DNA of 64,000 nt from Octopus vulgaris (lineage: Eukaryota): assembly GCA_951406725.2 (NCBI GenBank), contig OX597814.1, forward strand, positions 103,540,001 to 103,604,000. Reading direction: 5' to 3'. The notes beneath the pieces were generated by a model. That model was not told where the DNA came from and ran no database searches. It saw only the letters and a program-made list of their open reading frames with translations. Position 1 is the first letter of the stretch, and each line of letters starts with the position of its first letter. Shown here in pieces: positions 1 through 13,324 of the stretch. Position numbers and translations under genes: made by a program.

Positions 1-939
1 AGAATAATATAAAAATGTAGAGGATAAAGAGTTGTAAGGAGATGTAAAGGGGGTATAAAGAAATATAAAGAAATGTAAATAAATGTAAAGGCATAAGGTT
101 ATAGAGTAAAAATAGAAATAGAAATAAAAATAAAAATAAAAATAAAAATAAATAGAAATAAAAGTAAAAAAATCTGATAAAACCATGATAAAAGTGTAAA
201 AGAATGTAAAGATAAGGGATGTATAGAGGTTACGGACCAAGCATGGTGGTCAGGAGATTGATAAAATTTAGTTGTAGAATTGTCAGTAAATCAACAGTAA
301 ATCAACAGTTTCGTCTGGGGACTTAATGCGTTGTAAATCAGAGCTGATGAGCATTTAATCTGGTTCCTTGAATTAAATGGACTTCTGGTACATACATATC
401 ATCATGGATACATACACCCACATACACGCGTACATATACGCCTCCAAGCATATAAGCATACACACGCACTCGCGTTTAAACACGTCCATAAACACACACG
501 CACCCACACGCACGCGCGTACACACACATACATACAACAGAATATCCGCATATATACACGGACATTACGCGCGTACACGCTCACATGTATATACGCGCGC
601 CCATCACTACATACACACACGTATATGCCCACGCCTCTAGGTCCGGGTATAAGATATTAAAGGATGTGTATAAGAACGTAAGTAAAGAATCCCGTACTCA
701 TGTCAATATGCGCACGCACACACGGCTGTGTGTCCGTATGTGCGTGCACATATACACCCATACACACACACAGAGAGACACACGCGCACATGGGTATAGC
801 TATAAGATATCGAAGTATGCATGTACATATATGCGCGTGCATATGTATGTATGCGTGTACACACGTACGCGGACGCTCGTATATTCAAAAGATGGATCCA
901 TAGGTAAGTAAATAAACATATATAGAGGTGTAAAGCGAT
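1..939. repeat. Left arm of long inverted repeat (partner 3559-4497)
   Basis: Mirror ORFs 377-640(+) and 3858-4121(-) are identical; both arm ends checked by eye. Confidence 0.97.
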
Positions 940-1688
940 AAGTTAGGGGTAAGAATGAGGGTAAGGGTAAAGATTAGAAATAAAAAATACAGTATAAAAT
1001 AAGAAATACAATGTAATAGTTAGAAATGAGGTATAAGAATTGTAAAAATTATAAGAGTTAAGGTAAGGGATGAAAATGAAAATGAGAATAAATGGAAGTA
1101 GAATAAAAGTAAAAATAAAATTAAAAATAAAAATAAATGGAAGTAGGATAAAAGTAAAAATAAAAGTAAAACTAAAAATAAAATAAAATAAGATAAAAAT
1201 ATAATTTTGTAAAGTTTAACATGAGATGGAGGTGGTTGAAAGTTAGAGGTGTGTGTTAAACGTAGGGGCGGGCGGGGGGAACTGAAAATTGGAAGGGTGG
1301 GAAGTGGAGTTTGGCGGTGTGCGTTCAACATCTGAGTTAGAAATGTGAAAGGGTATAGATATAGGGAATTAAAGAGACTACATAGGGAGGATATGAGTGT
1401 AGGAGAAGAAATATTTAGGGAAAAGAAGTCATATATGGGAGACAAAATTTGTATATATAGGGGGAAAATACAGGGAACCGTATATGCACATACACACACC
1501 CACACACACACACACACACGCACATGTGTATATATATGTATATGTACACATACGTACACGTATGTGCACATACATACGCACACACACACACACACACTTA
1601 CACACGCACATATAGGAAAGCGGGGTGTGCTGGAGCCGACAGGTTGCACCGGGTGGGAGGAAATTGCATGGGGGAGTTGGTATAAGAC

Positions 1689-3527
1689 CTAAGCATTGTA
1701 GTATTTGAAAGTATTAATAAGTTTATGTATACAGGATGGTTTGAACTCTGACCTTTTGTTAATAAGATTGTGTTTGTCTTTGAATTTCAAGATGTTCAGG
1801 AGTTCTACACAGCATAGTTGGCATCCTGCTCTATTATTTAAATAAGGTGCAGCTGATCCGATGATGGACCATCTGAGTTTGAAGCCTATGCATTTGTCTT
1901 TTAATTCCCAAATTCTTTTAGAGAGGGAGGTGCTGTTAGCCTTATGTCTGTGTCTCAGCGAGGACCGGTGGTTGTAGTATCTGGATTTCCAGGAGGTTGA
2001 GCAACCAATATAGGTGAGTGTGTTAAACTGAGTACTCACCTCACATGAGTATATTACGTTTTTCGCCCTACATGCGCCCTGCAGCGGGCATTCTGATGCA
2101 CATCTGCAGTTGCATTGCATTGCATTATTCGGTCGTGTGCTGCTAATCCCAGGCGGAGGTGTTGCAATACGAGTGGGGGCGTTGGTATCCTCCTGGTTGT
2201 TGATGGGTGTAGTATTTCCTCTGTTGTGTTGGCGGGTGTTATTACTAACTGTTTGGGTAGTATGGCTGTCAGTCTGGTTATATTGTCTACTGTCTAGATG
2301 AGGGGGGTTCTGTTGGTCGCTATGGTTTGCTCTTGATCTAGCTGTTCTAATATTAATATAGTTATGTTTAGCTATGAGGCAGCTCATGTTGGGCAGGGTA
2401 GAGTAGGAAATCCTAATAGTTTTGTTGGAGAAGATACTTCTATACTTGTGGGTGGGTGGGAAGTTGCTGGAAATTATAGAGAATATTCTCTTACATAACT
2501 TACCCCTAACTGCTAAGTTGAAAGGTATGTTGAACCATATATATTTGCGTAATCTACTATTATCCCTTCTATTTCTCCTAATAGGATCTATATTGTTCTC
2601 GTCGGGAGGGTTACTATTGTGTGCTGTTCTATTAGTTCGCCTATTTCCTATACGTTGTTTGGAGTTTAAATTAGAATTATCGTTAGTGTGAGTTGAGTGC
2701 TGAGTTCGATTATAATTGGGAGTCTTATGGCCGACGGACGTTCCCGGGTGGTCTACATATGATATTCTCTGGTTATACCCGGCACTGTAGAGAGCCTGGT
2801 TGTAGTGTTGTGCATGATTATTGAAAATTTCTCTATTAGAGGATAGTTTTGTCAATCTGTCTGAGATGGCTTGGACCGTGGTGCTAATTATACAGGGTGG
2901 ATGGTTGGAAGAGGTATGGATGTATTTGGTAGTTTCTTCTGGTTTCCTATACGGGTAGTGAAGGTGCTTATTCAAATCTAACGTAACATCTAAGAAGTTT
3001 ACTATTTTAGTGTTGGTCATAAATTCTAGTTTAAGATTGAAGGATTTGAAAAAAAGCCTGATCTTTTTCCTAATTCTTTCTAGTTTACTCCTATTGTTGG
3101 TGGGGTATATGAAGAGAGCGTCGTCTCTGTATAGACCCCCCTGAAGATCCGGTACCTCGGAGAAAAGCTTCTTGAGCAGGTAGGCCCCGACCAAGTCAGT
3201 CACCTTAGCTGAATCGCTCGAGCCCATAGCCACACCGAAATTGTCGGGGGTATCGGATCTGGTCCAGAGTCTACCGTCGAATTCTATTATGGTTTTTCTA
3301 GCTAATAGAATTATGTCAATTTTTTCTCTGTCTATGAGTGAAAGGTTGCGGGCAAAAATAAGGGATTTGTTAAGTAAGATGGGGGATATACTGGCGTAGT
3401 AGCTAGCTATGTCGAATTGGATGAATGAGTAGTCGGGCCTATTGGTGATAGTGTTAAACCATTCTAGCACATCGTTGGTGTTAATCCATAGTTGGAGTGG
3501 GATGTGGGGTTTGATGTGTGGGATCAC
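1689..3527 (-). CDS. PLE polyprotein: reverse transcriptase + C-terminal GIY-YIG endonuclease (N-terminally truncated; frame open to ~3557)
   Basis: RT motifs FIQFDIASYYASI, GVAMGS, GLYRDD, NFLDVTL, YRKP, SNHPP. Cys linker CNCRCASECPLQGAC. EN motifs VIY..YIG, RYYNH, CQLC, INKRSE. No internal stops. Confidence 0.93.
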   Translation of the reverse strand: MIPHIKPHIPLQLWINTNDVLEWFNTITNRPDYSFIQFDIASYYASISPILLNKSLIFARNLSLIDREKIDIILLARKTIIEFDGRLWTRSDTPDNFGVAMGSSDSAKVTDLVGAYLLKKLFSEVPDLQGGLYRDDALFIYPTNNRSKLERIRKKIRLFFKSFNLKLEFMTNTKIVNFLDVTLDLNKHLHYPYRKPEETTKYIHTSSNHPPCIISTTVQAISDRLTKLSSNREIFNNHAQHYNQALYSAGYNQRISYVDHPGTSVGHKTPNYNRTQHSTHTNDNSNLNSKQRIGNRRTNRTAHNSNPPDENNIDPIRRNRRDNSRLRKYIWFNIPFNLAVRGKLCKRIFSIISSNFPPTHKYRSIFSNKTIRISYSTLPNMSCLIAKHNYINIRTARSRANHSDQQNPPHLDSRQYNQTDSHTTQTVSNNTRQHNRGNTTPINNQEDTNAPTRIATPPPGISSTRPNNAMQCNCRCASECPLQGACRAKNVIYSCEVSTQFNTLTYIGCSTSWKSRYYNHRSSLRHRHKANSTSLSKRIWELKDKCIGFKLRWSIIGSAAPYLNNRAGCQLCCVELLNILKFKDKHNLINKRSEFKPSCIHKLINTFKYYNA

Positions 3528-3558
3528 CTTGTCCAGGATGGTCTTGCTAAGTCTGCCG

Positions 3559-4497
3559 ATCGCTTTACACCTCTATATATGTTTATTTACTTACCTATGG
3601 ATCCATCTTTTGAATATACGAGCGTCCGCGTACGTGTGTACACGCATACATACATATGCACGCGCATATATGTACATGCATACTTCGATATCTTATAGCT
3701 ATACCCATGTGCGCGTGTGTCTCTCTGTGTGTGTGTATGGGTGTATATGTGCACGCACATACGGACACACAGCCGTGTGTGCGTGCGCATATTGACATGA
3801 GTACGGGATTCTTTACTTACGTTCTTATACACATCCTTTAATATCTTATACCCGGACCTAGAGGCGTGGGCATATACGTGTGTGTATGTAGTGATGGGCG
3901 CGCGTATATACATGTGAGCGTGTACGCGCGTAATGTCCGTGTATATATGCGGATATTCTGTTGTATGTATGTGTGTGTACGCGCGTGCGTGTGGGTGCAT
4001 GTGTGTTTATGGACGTGTTTAAACGCGAGTGCGTGTGTATGCTTATATGCTTGGAGGCGTATATGTACGCGTGTATGTGGGTGTATGTATCCATGATGAT
4101 ATGTATGTACCAGAAGTCCATTTAATTCAAGGAACCAGATTAAATGCTCATCAGCTCTGATTTACAACGCATTAAGTCCCCAGACGAAACTGTTGATTTA
4201 CTGTTGATTTACTGACAATTCTACAACTAAATTTTATCAATCTCCTGACCACCATGCTTGGTCCGTAACCTCTATACATCCCTTATCTTTACATTCTTTT
4301 ACACTTTTATCATGGTTTTATCAGATTTTTTTACTTTTATTTCTATTTATTTTTATTTTTATTTTTATTTTTATTTCTATTTCTATTTTTACTCTATAAC
4401 CTTATGCCTTTACATTTATTTACATTTCTTTATATTTCTTTATACCCCCTTTACATCTCCTTACAACTCTTTATCCTCTACATTTTTATATTATTCT
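3559..4497. repeat. Right arm of long inverted repeat (inverted pseudo-LTR)
   Basis: Reverse complement of 1-939; begins where the RT ORF is truncated. Confidence 0.97.
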
Positions 4498-4748
4498 ATA
4501 CTTACACGTTTTATACATTTTTTATCCCTCGTCCCGAACTCTCGCCCCTCCATCTTCACCTCTATATATGTATTTATTTATTTACATTACCTCAACATCC
4601 AATTTTCCTCATTCTACATTGAGAGAAGAAAGAGATGGACGCTTCAATTCTATGCTGCTGCCGCATTATGTCGTACGTGGATGAGAGGATTTGCATCCCC
4701 AACCAAGAATTTTTGATGTAACACATGTCCTTGCGGAAGCTGTTGTGC

Positions 4749-4826
4749 GCGGCTGAAGAAGGCCACAGACATACATTATGCATTGTTATAAATCTGTCTA
4801 ATAAAGGCCCGAAACATATGTACCGC
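4749..4826 (+). ncRNA. Type I hammerhead ribozyme motif (C3:G8), palindromic stem III
   Basis: GCGG-CTGAAGA-a-GGCC...GGCC-c-GAAA-CATATG-TA-CCGC; near the end of the PLE pseudo-LTR. Confidence 0.8.
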
Positions 4827-5171
4827 TGAATCCTTCGCATCATGTTTTTATTTTATTTTGATCAATATATATATATATATATATACACACATAATTAAAG
4901 GATAAAATCATTAAAATTAATGAATTTTATCATTGTCTAGCATATAAAAAAATAACCTTTTGGGTAAAATTCATATATAGAGAGGTATAGTTGTATAGAA
5001 TACAATTATAATTAAGAGCACAGAAGCTACCATGCCTATATGCTGTAAATAGGCGCCATATATATATATATGTTTGTGTTTATGTATATTTCTGTATGTA
5101 TGTATATATATATGCATTGCATATGTACATGTATGTATATATGTGTGTATATATACATGTACATGTATATA

Positions 5172-5492
5172 GGCACGTGGATTAGTGGTTAGGGTATTCG
5201 GCTCACGATTGTAAGGTCGTGAGTTCGATTCCCGGCGACTCGTTGTGTCCTTGAGCAAGACACTTTATTTCATGTTGCTCCAGTTTGGCTCAACTACCAA
5301 AAATGAGTTGTACTTGTATTTCAAAGGCCCGGCCTTGTCACACTTTGTGTCACGCTGAATCTCCCTGAGAACTACGTTAGGTGTACGCGTGTCTGTGGAT
5401 TGCTCAGTCACTTGCACGTTAATTTCATGAGAAGGCTGTTCCGTTGATTGTATCAGCTGCGACCCTCGTCGTCGTAACCGACGGAGTGCTCC
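5172..5492 (+). mobile_element. tRNA-derived SINE with CORE-like central domain
   Basis: A box (tggattagtggt), B box (gagttcgattcc), tgtgtccttgagcaagacact core; relatives at 23155, 44241 and 46905. Confidence 0.8.
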
Positions 5493-5517
5493 TATATATA
5501 TATGTATGTATATATAT

Positions 5518-5549
<32 letters not shown>

Positions 5550-5705
5550 ATATATACGTATATATACATACACACATATGTATGTATGCATATATATGTA
5601 TTATGTATATATATATATATATGTGTGTGTGTGCGAGTATGTGTAAGTGTGAATGCGTGTGTGTGAGTGTGAATGTGTGTGTGCATATGTATGTATGTAT
5701 GTATG

Positions 5706-5814
<109 letters not shown>

Positions 5815-5995
5815 TTAGTTAAATATATTCAATGAGAATATATACTGAATTTATATTGAGTGCTGTATTGTATCAAAGTATTAATACTACTAACGCATTT
5901 ATGTATTTAATACGAGCGATTATATATATTTTATATAATATATTATTATTCATATCAGGAAATCAATATTAGAAAATTCTTCAGAAAGATATATA

Positions 5996-7260
5996 CGAGG
6001 GACGTTCAATAAGTAATGCTTCTGACCCACTTGCAGTTGTTTGATCTAGCTGAAATGTGCAATCATTTATATCTCTATAGAGTAAGTGGCAAATTACAGC
6101 TCTGAATTAATTGTGGTTTCTGATTTACAGGTGTTTGAACCGAGTCAAGTGTGAAATGGAGCATGTTGAGTGTCGAGCAGTGATCCGGTTTTTGTATTTG
6201 AAAGGACGCACACCACGGGAGGCTTTTGATGAAATGACAGTAACTTATGGTGATGATGCCCCATCATATGACCTTGTAAAACGCTGGCATCGTGAATTCA
6301 AACATGGTCGGAACTCTGTGGAAACAGCTCCCAGATCTGGTCGCCCCCTTCTGCCATTGATGAGGCATCTGTCCGTCAAGTTGAGGCTGCATAATTATTC
6401 GCCAAATATCCCATGAGGTCAAGATTAGTACCGGGTCTGTGGAAACTATCATTCATGACCATTTGCATATGCAAACGGTGTCTGCCAGATGGATTCCCAG
6501 GTTGATCACGCCTTTCCAGAAGCAAGAACGCGTCGAGTGCTCGAGGGTGAATTTGGACATGTGCCAAGAAGATGAGTCAAAATTTTTCAAAAGACTGATT
6601 ACACAGGATGGAACCTGGGTCCATCACGATGATCCAGAGACCAAAGCCCAGTCAATGCAGTGGAAGCACCGTGACTTACCCCCTCCAAAGAAGGCAAGGG
6701 TGCAGCCCTCCGCTGGCAAGGTCATGCTCACAGTCTTCTGGGACCAGGACGGAGTAGTGATGACAGATTTCGTGGCAAAGGGTACCACAATTGCAGGAGC
6801 CTATTATGCTTCACTTTTGAGGAAATTAAGAGAAGTTATCAAAATCAAGAGGCAGGGCAAGATCAGCAAAGGCATCCTCCTCCTGCAGGACAACGCTCCG
6901 GTCCACAACTCGCGTGTCGCCAGATCAGAAGCACAGGCGTATGGCTATGAACTCCTCCCCATCCCCCCTACTTTCCTGACCTTGCACCCTCTGATTTTCA
7001 CCTCTTCCCAATCATGAAGTTGTTTTTTGAAAGGAAAGCGTTTCCCAGATGATGAAGCCTTGATTTCTGAAGTCACGTTCAGGTTGGAGGACCAAGCTGG
7101 GTTCTTCTACAAAAACGGTCTCCAGAGCCGCATCAAACGATGGGAGAAATGCGTAACTCTGGGTGGTTCCTATGTAGAAAAAGACTAATAACTGTGCCCA
7201 GTTTCGTTGCTCTACTGCTATGGAAGTGGGTCAGGGGCATTACTTATTGAACGCCCCTCG
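5996..7260 (+). mobile_element. Mariner DNA transposon, full length, decayed
   Basis: ~37 bp TIRs (cgagggacgttcaataagtaatgc... / ...gcattacttattgaacgcccctcg); TA duplication at 5994-5995 and 7261-7262. Confidence 0.95.
6156..7188 (+). pseudogene. Mariner DD34D transposase, frameshifted
   Basis: HTH region MEHVECRAVIRFLYLKG..RSGRP; ARWIPR, ITQDGTW, QDNAPVH, PDLAPSDFHLF across several frames. Confidence 0.92.
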
Positions 7261-7558
7261 TACGTGTGTAAAATAATCGTTGTATTAAAAATATAAATAT
7301 ATATAAAAATATATGTAAATACGTATAAGTGTAAATATATAATGTATATGACTGTTTAAAAGTTTTGAATTAAGTACAGAAGACTAACCAACGAAGTATA
7401 TATGGATTTAAAGACTCTCATATTAAAGTGTACTTATCAAAATCAAAAGCAGTAATTTTAATTTTTTATTTATATTTCAAACAAACACCATTTTATAGTA
7501 TTACTTCTAATTTTTAAAAGACTACCATTCGATATGTTATACAAAATTCAAATTTTAT

Positions 7559-7648
7559 ATCTCTGAAGAGCAGAAGAGTTGTCTATAAATGCTTATCAAT
7601 ATAGGATTTCATTATAGGGACAGCACTTCTGTGAAACGATCGTAACAT
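7559..7648 (+). ncRNA. Type I hammerhead motif (C3:G8), long stem II
   Basis: ATCT-CTGAAGA-GCAGAAG...CTTCTGT-GAAA-CGATCG-TA-ACAT (one stem I mismatch). Confidence 0.75.
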
Positions 7649-7828
7649 GCTTTAAAAACATAATTCAAAACTTTTAAACTGTCATATACATTATATATCC
7701 ATACTTATACATATTTACATATATTTTAATATATATTTATATTTTTAATACAACGTTTATTTTACACACGTATATATCTTTCTGAAGAATTTTCTAATAT
7801 TGATTTCCTGATATTAATAATATATATA

Positions 7829-7910
<82 letters not shown>

Positions 7911-7911
<1 letters not shown>

Positions 7912-8280
7912 AAATAAAAAAGAGTGAAAAAACTACAGAAGGCTTGTGTTATAAGGTTAAAGAATATATTTAAGTCGTTATGTTAGAAAAATGTTATAAA
8001 ATTTTTCTGTATAGTAACATAGTTTTCGGAGAAATAACCGGTTTCGTATTTTCTTTTCAAATTTCTCAAATTTCTTTACCTACATCGTGTCATGTCTTCG
8101 CTATGAAGATACGATGTAGGTAAAGAAATTTGAAAAGAAAATACCAAACCGGTTATTTCTCCCAAAACTATATTACTATACACAAAATTTTATAACATTT
8201 TTCTAACATAACGACTTAAATATATTCTTTAACCTCATAACACATCCCTCTGTAGATTTTTCACTCTTTTTTTATTTTTT
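7911..8280. mobile_element. Fold-back PLE-end remnant (~170 bp arms) in (TA)n
   Basis: Left and right halves are reverse complements around a short spacer near 8090-8110; carries a hammerhead-like motif. Confidence 0.7.
8029..8067 (-). ncRNA. Minimal hammerhead motif, U3:A8 variant
   Basis: Minus strand GAGAAAT-TTGAAAA-GAAAATAC-GAAA-CCGG-TT-ATTTCTC; the copy in the right arm has GAAA>CAAA. Confidence 0.55.
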
Positions 8281-8324
8281 ATACATCCAACCACGTGCTT
8301 TCATACACCAACTCTCTCACCTAT

Positions 8325-8498
<174 letters not shown>

Positions 8499-8509
8499 GT
8501 ATATATATG

Positions 8510-8544
<35 letters not shown>

Positions 8545-8628
8545 GCATATATATATATATGTATATATATACATATATATACATATATATATACATATAT
8601 ATACATATATATACACACACATATATAT

Positions 8629-8700
<72 letters not shown>

Positions 8701-8778
8701 GTTGAGTTGTGGGGTATCGCACGAGTGGGATTATATAAGAAAAAAGGTTTGAAAATGCAATTTAAACGATGTTTATTT

Positions 8779-8819
8779 ACTTAACCGGTTTCACTCTTTG
8801 GTAAAAGATTGTCAAAAGT
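8779..8819 (-). ncRNA. Minimal hammerhead motif, U3:A8 variant (left arm)
   Basis: Reverse complement of 13325-13365. Confidence 0.65.
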
Positions 8820-8833
8820 TACATTTAAGGAAA

Positions 8834-8975
8834 CATTGAATAATATGGGTTCAAAAAAAGTTTTTTACATAATTGTCACATTGAATATTATGCATTCAAA
8901 AAAGTTTTTTACATAATTGTCACATTGGATATTATGAATTCAAAAATGTTTTTTTATACATAATTGTCACATTAC
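8834..8975. repeat. Three ~45 bp tandem repeats within the pseudo-LTR (mirrored at ~13170-13310)
   Basis: Unit cattgaatattatg.attcaaaaaagttttttacataattgtca. Confidence 0.85.
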
Positions 8976-9606
8976 ATGTATAAATATAGTGTTTGGTAAC
9001 AGAGAAGTTCAATAGTGTGATGAGAATATTTGGGAAAATTTGGCAGAAAAGGATAAAACAAATATATTATTGGGAATTGGTTGCGTTAATTATTGGTTGT
9101 CGCAAATTGTCACATTACATGTATATATATACAATCTTTGGTATATATATACAGCGTTTTGACAGCAAAAATTAAAATGGATTTTTTATACATCTCAGAA
9201 TATTTTAAGTATGTTTTTACTGACCTGTCAGTATTAGCAGAAAGGCTGAACTGAGAGAACAGAAGAAGTAGCCAATGTGGTGTATACTTCCCCTTTATGC
9301 ATGAATGATTTTGGGGTTATCAGGAGGTTAGTATGCGGGTGTGAATAGATGTGTCCGTGCCTGCTGGTCAGATAGCGTCTGTTTGTCACACACATATATA
9401 TACACACAAACACACACACACACAACAACACACACACACACACAGTATACAAACACACACCACATACAAACAACACACACACACACACACACAGAACACA
9501 CACCCACACACAACGCACCCACATATATCACATATACACACAGCACACAAATATAACATGTATCTATATATAACATACACAGATATATAACACACATACA
9601 CACACA

Positions 9607-9641
<35 letters not shown>

Positions 9642-10438
9642 TACATACATAATATAAATATCACACAAATACACCTAGCATATATATACACACATACAAT
9701 ACACACATACAGCATGTAAGTAATATACATACACAATATATGCATGCAATATACATACACAATACATACATATAATATATATATATATAGACAATGCATA
9801 TACATATATACACATATACATATAAATAGTGTTTACATACACATACATAGATGTACCACATATACACACAACACACATACATACAATGCATACACATACA
9901 CATACGCATACATATAATATATATATACACACACACACACATAACATACATACACACACAATGCATACATATATATACACGCAATGCATATACATGTATT
10001 CATGCATATATAACACACCTACAATATACATATATACAGTGCACACATACACACAAATATATACACTTAATTGTACACGTACATATACAATACACATACA
10101 TACAATATACATATACACAATGCGCATGCAAATAATGTACATGTTTATACACACATAAACATGCAAATAAATATACACACACACACATACACACACACAC
10201 ATATATATACACATATATATATATATATATATAACACACATACATACATACATACATGCACATACATATATTTTTTCACACACATACACACACATATATA
10301 TATATAAAAAATTCACCACCCCCCACACACACAAATTACAAACCTATAGCGTACACACTCAAATATATCTCTACATGCCGCACACACACACAAACAAAGT
10401 ACTAACATATACACACATACCATGCATATACACACACA

Positions 10439-10475
<37 letters not shown>

Positions 10476-10562
10476 AAAACAAATACACATGTAAATACAT
10501 ACACACGTACACAATGCTCACACACACACACACACACACATACACACACACCCGCACACAGT

Positions 10563-10615
<53 letters not shown>

Positions 10616-10784
10616 TCACCTACATATATATAATGCATGCGTGTGCATGCCACGTATGTGTGCGGTCAATGCCCGCTAGTGTGTCCTATGCGTGCCGATG
10701 CGCGCATGTGCCCGCCCGCACGATATGCTGTGAGCGTGCGCGCGTCCCTGTGTGCTTGCTCTGGATGTGCTTCCAGGGGGTATG

Positions 10785-11241
10785 TTAGAGTATGTTTAGT
10801 TGTGGTCTGTATTTTTGAATAAGATTACTTTCCTTATTTATTCGTGTTTGGTCTGTGGTGTTGTCCGAGCATTGGTATAGTGGGAAGACTAAGAATTTGG
10901 GGGACTTATTGTGTGCACAAAGGTCTAAGTGTCCACTTAGTGGTATCTGTCTTGTGGAGGGGTCCCTCAGTTGTTGTCGGTGAACTGTCATTCTGTCTCT
11001 GAGGGTAAGGCTCGTTTGCCCTATGTAGTCTTCGTGGCATCCTTCACACCTTATGACGTAGAGTAAATTTTTTGATGCGCACGTGAAGTTATTTTTATGA
11101 TGAATGTGTGTCCCGAGTGGAACTTGTACGACGATCCCTCAATGAGGTGGATGCAGGTCTTACAGTTGGGGCGACCACATTTTTTGATGGTGGGCGGTGG
11201 GTTTGTGTTGTGTAATTTTGCGTTGGTGAGGAGGTTTTTTA
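10785..11241 (-). pseudogene. GIY-YIG endonuclease fragment of PLE (one frameshift)
   Basis: CGRPNCKTC linker; TCASKNLLYVIRCEGCHEDYIGQT..LRDRMTVHR..HL..KESNLIQKYRPQLN*. Confidence 0.9.
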
Positions 11242-11416
11242 GGAAGCACATCCAGAGCAAGCACACAGGGACGCGCGCACGCTCACAGCATATCGTGCGG
11301 GCGGGCACATGCGCGCATCGGCACGCATAGGACACACTAGCGGGCATTGACCGCACACATACGTGGCATGCACACGTATGCATTATATATATGTAGGTGA
11401 TGTATGTGTGTGAGTG

Positions 11417-11449
<33 letters not shown>

Positions 11450-11453
11450 GGTG

Positions 11454-11485
<32 letters not shown>

Positions 11486-11655
11486 CACTGTGTGCGTGTG
11501 TGTGTATATGTGTGTGTGCGCGCGTTGTGTGTGTGTGTGTGTGTGCACGTGTGTATATATGTGTGTGTGTGTGCACTGTGTGCGGGTGTGTGTGTATGTG
11601 TGTGTGTGTGTGTGTGAGCATTGTGTACGTGTGTATGTATTTACATGTGTATTTG

Positions 11656-11698
<43 letters not shown>

Positions 11699-13324
11699 TG
11701 TTGTGTGTGTATATGCATGGTATGTGTGTATATGTTAGTACTTTGTTTGTGTGTGTGTGCGGCATGTAGAGATATATTTGAGTGTGTACGCTATAGGTTT
11801 GTAATTTGTGTGTGTGGGGGGTGGTGAATTTTTTATATATATATATGTGTGTGTATGTGTGTGAAAAAATATATGTATGTGCATGTATGTATGTATGTAT
11901 GTGTGTATATATATATATATATATGTGTATATATATATGTGTGTGTGTGTATGTGTGTGTGTGTGTGTGTATATTTATTTGCATGTTTATGTGTGTATAA
12001 ACATGTACATTATTTGCATGCGCATTGTGTATATGTATATTGTATGTATGTGTATTGTATATGTACGTGTACAATTAAGTGTATATATTTGTGTGTATGT
12101 GTGCACTGTATATATGTATATTGTAGGTGTGCTATATATGCATGAATACATGTATATGCATTGCGTGTATATATATGTATGCATTGTGTGTGTATGTATG
12201 TTATGTGTGTGTGTGTGTATATATATATTATATGTATGCGTACGTGTATGTGTATGCATTGTATGTATGTGTGTTGTGTGTATATGTGGTACATCTATGT
12301 ATGTGTATGTAAACACTATTTATATGTATATGTGTATATATGTATATGCATTGTCTATATATATATATATTATATGTATGTATTGTGTATGTATATTGCA
12401 TGCATATATTGTGTATGTATATTACTTACATGCTGTATGTGTGTATTGTATGTGTGTATATATATGCTAGGTGTATTTGTGTGATATTTATATTATGTAT
12501 GTATGTGTGCGTGTGTTGTGTGTGTGTGTGTGTGTGTGTTGTGTGTGTATGTGTGTTATATATCTGTGTATGTTATATATAGATACATGTTATATTTGTG
12601 TGCTGTGTGTATATGTGATATATGTGGGTGCGTTGTGTGTGGGTGTGTGTGTTCTGTGTGTGTGTGTGTGTTGTTTGTATGTGGTGTGTGTTTGTATACT
12701 GTGTGTGTGTGTGTGTTGTTGTGTGTGTGTGTGTTTGTGTGTATATATATGTGTGTGACAAACAGACGCTATCTGACCAGCAGGCACGGACACATCTATT
12801 CACACCCGCATACTAACCTCCTGATAACCCCAAAATCATTCATGCATAAAGGGGAAGTATACACCACATTGGCTACTTCTTCTGTTCTCTCAGTTCAGCC
12901 TTTCTGCTAATACTGACAGGTCAGTAAAAACATACTTAAAATATTCTGAGATGTATAAAAAATCCATTTTAATTTTTGCTGTCAAAACGCTGTATATATA
13001 TACCAAAGATTGTATATATATACATGTAATGTGACAATTTGCGACAACCAATAATTAACGCAACCAATTCCCAATAATATATTTGTTTTATCCTTTTCTG
13101 CCAAATTTTCCCAAATATTCTCATCACACTATTGAACTTCTCTGTTACCAAACACTATATTTATACATGTAATGTGACAATTATGTATAAAAAAACATTT
13201 TTGAATTCATAATATCCAATGTGACAATTATGTAAAAAACTTTTTGTGAATGCATAATATTCAATGTGACAATTATGTAAAAAACTTTTTTGAACCCATA
13301 TTATTCAATGTTTCCTTAAATGTA

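Larger units (their letters stand above)
1..4865 (-). mobile_element. Penelope-like retroelement (probably Hydra clade), 5'-truncated with inverted pseudo-LTR; continues off the left edge
   Basis: RT+GIY-YIG ORF on the minus strand. 1-939 is the reverse complement of 3559-4497. The inverted arm runs on to ~4865 and ends in (TA)n. Confidence 0.92.
5940..7825 (+). mobile_element. Short PLE pseudo-LTR remnant with 5' inversion, interrupted by a mariner
   Basis: 5940-5995 joined to 7263-7372 is the reverse complement of ~7661-7825. Hammerhead at 7559-7648. Ends in (TA)n. Confidence 0.7.

Noticed and set aside
341-385. CTGATGA followed by a catttaat/attaaatg stem
   Set aside because: No GAAA or UH after the stem, and it is antisense to the element; not called a hammerhead.
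5172-5245. tRNA-like sequences here and at 23157, 23393, 44500, 45920 and 46907
   Set aside because: They are SINE heads continuing into core and tail, some with TSDs; not tRNA genes.
8834-8975. Regular ~45 bp repeats resembling a CRISPR array
   Set aside because: Contiguous tandem units with no unique spacers, in eukaryotic PLE context, no cas genes.
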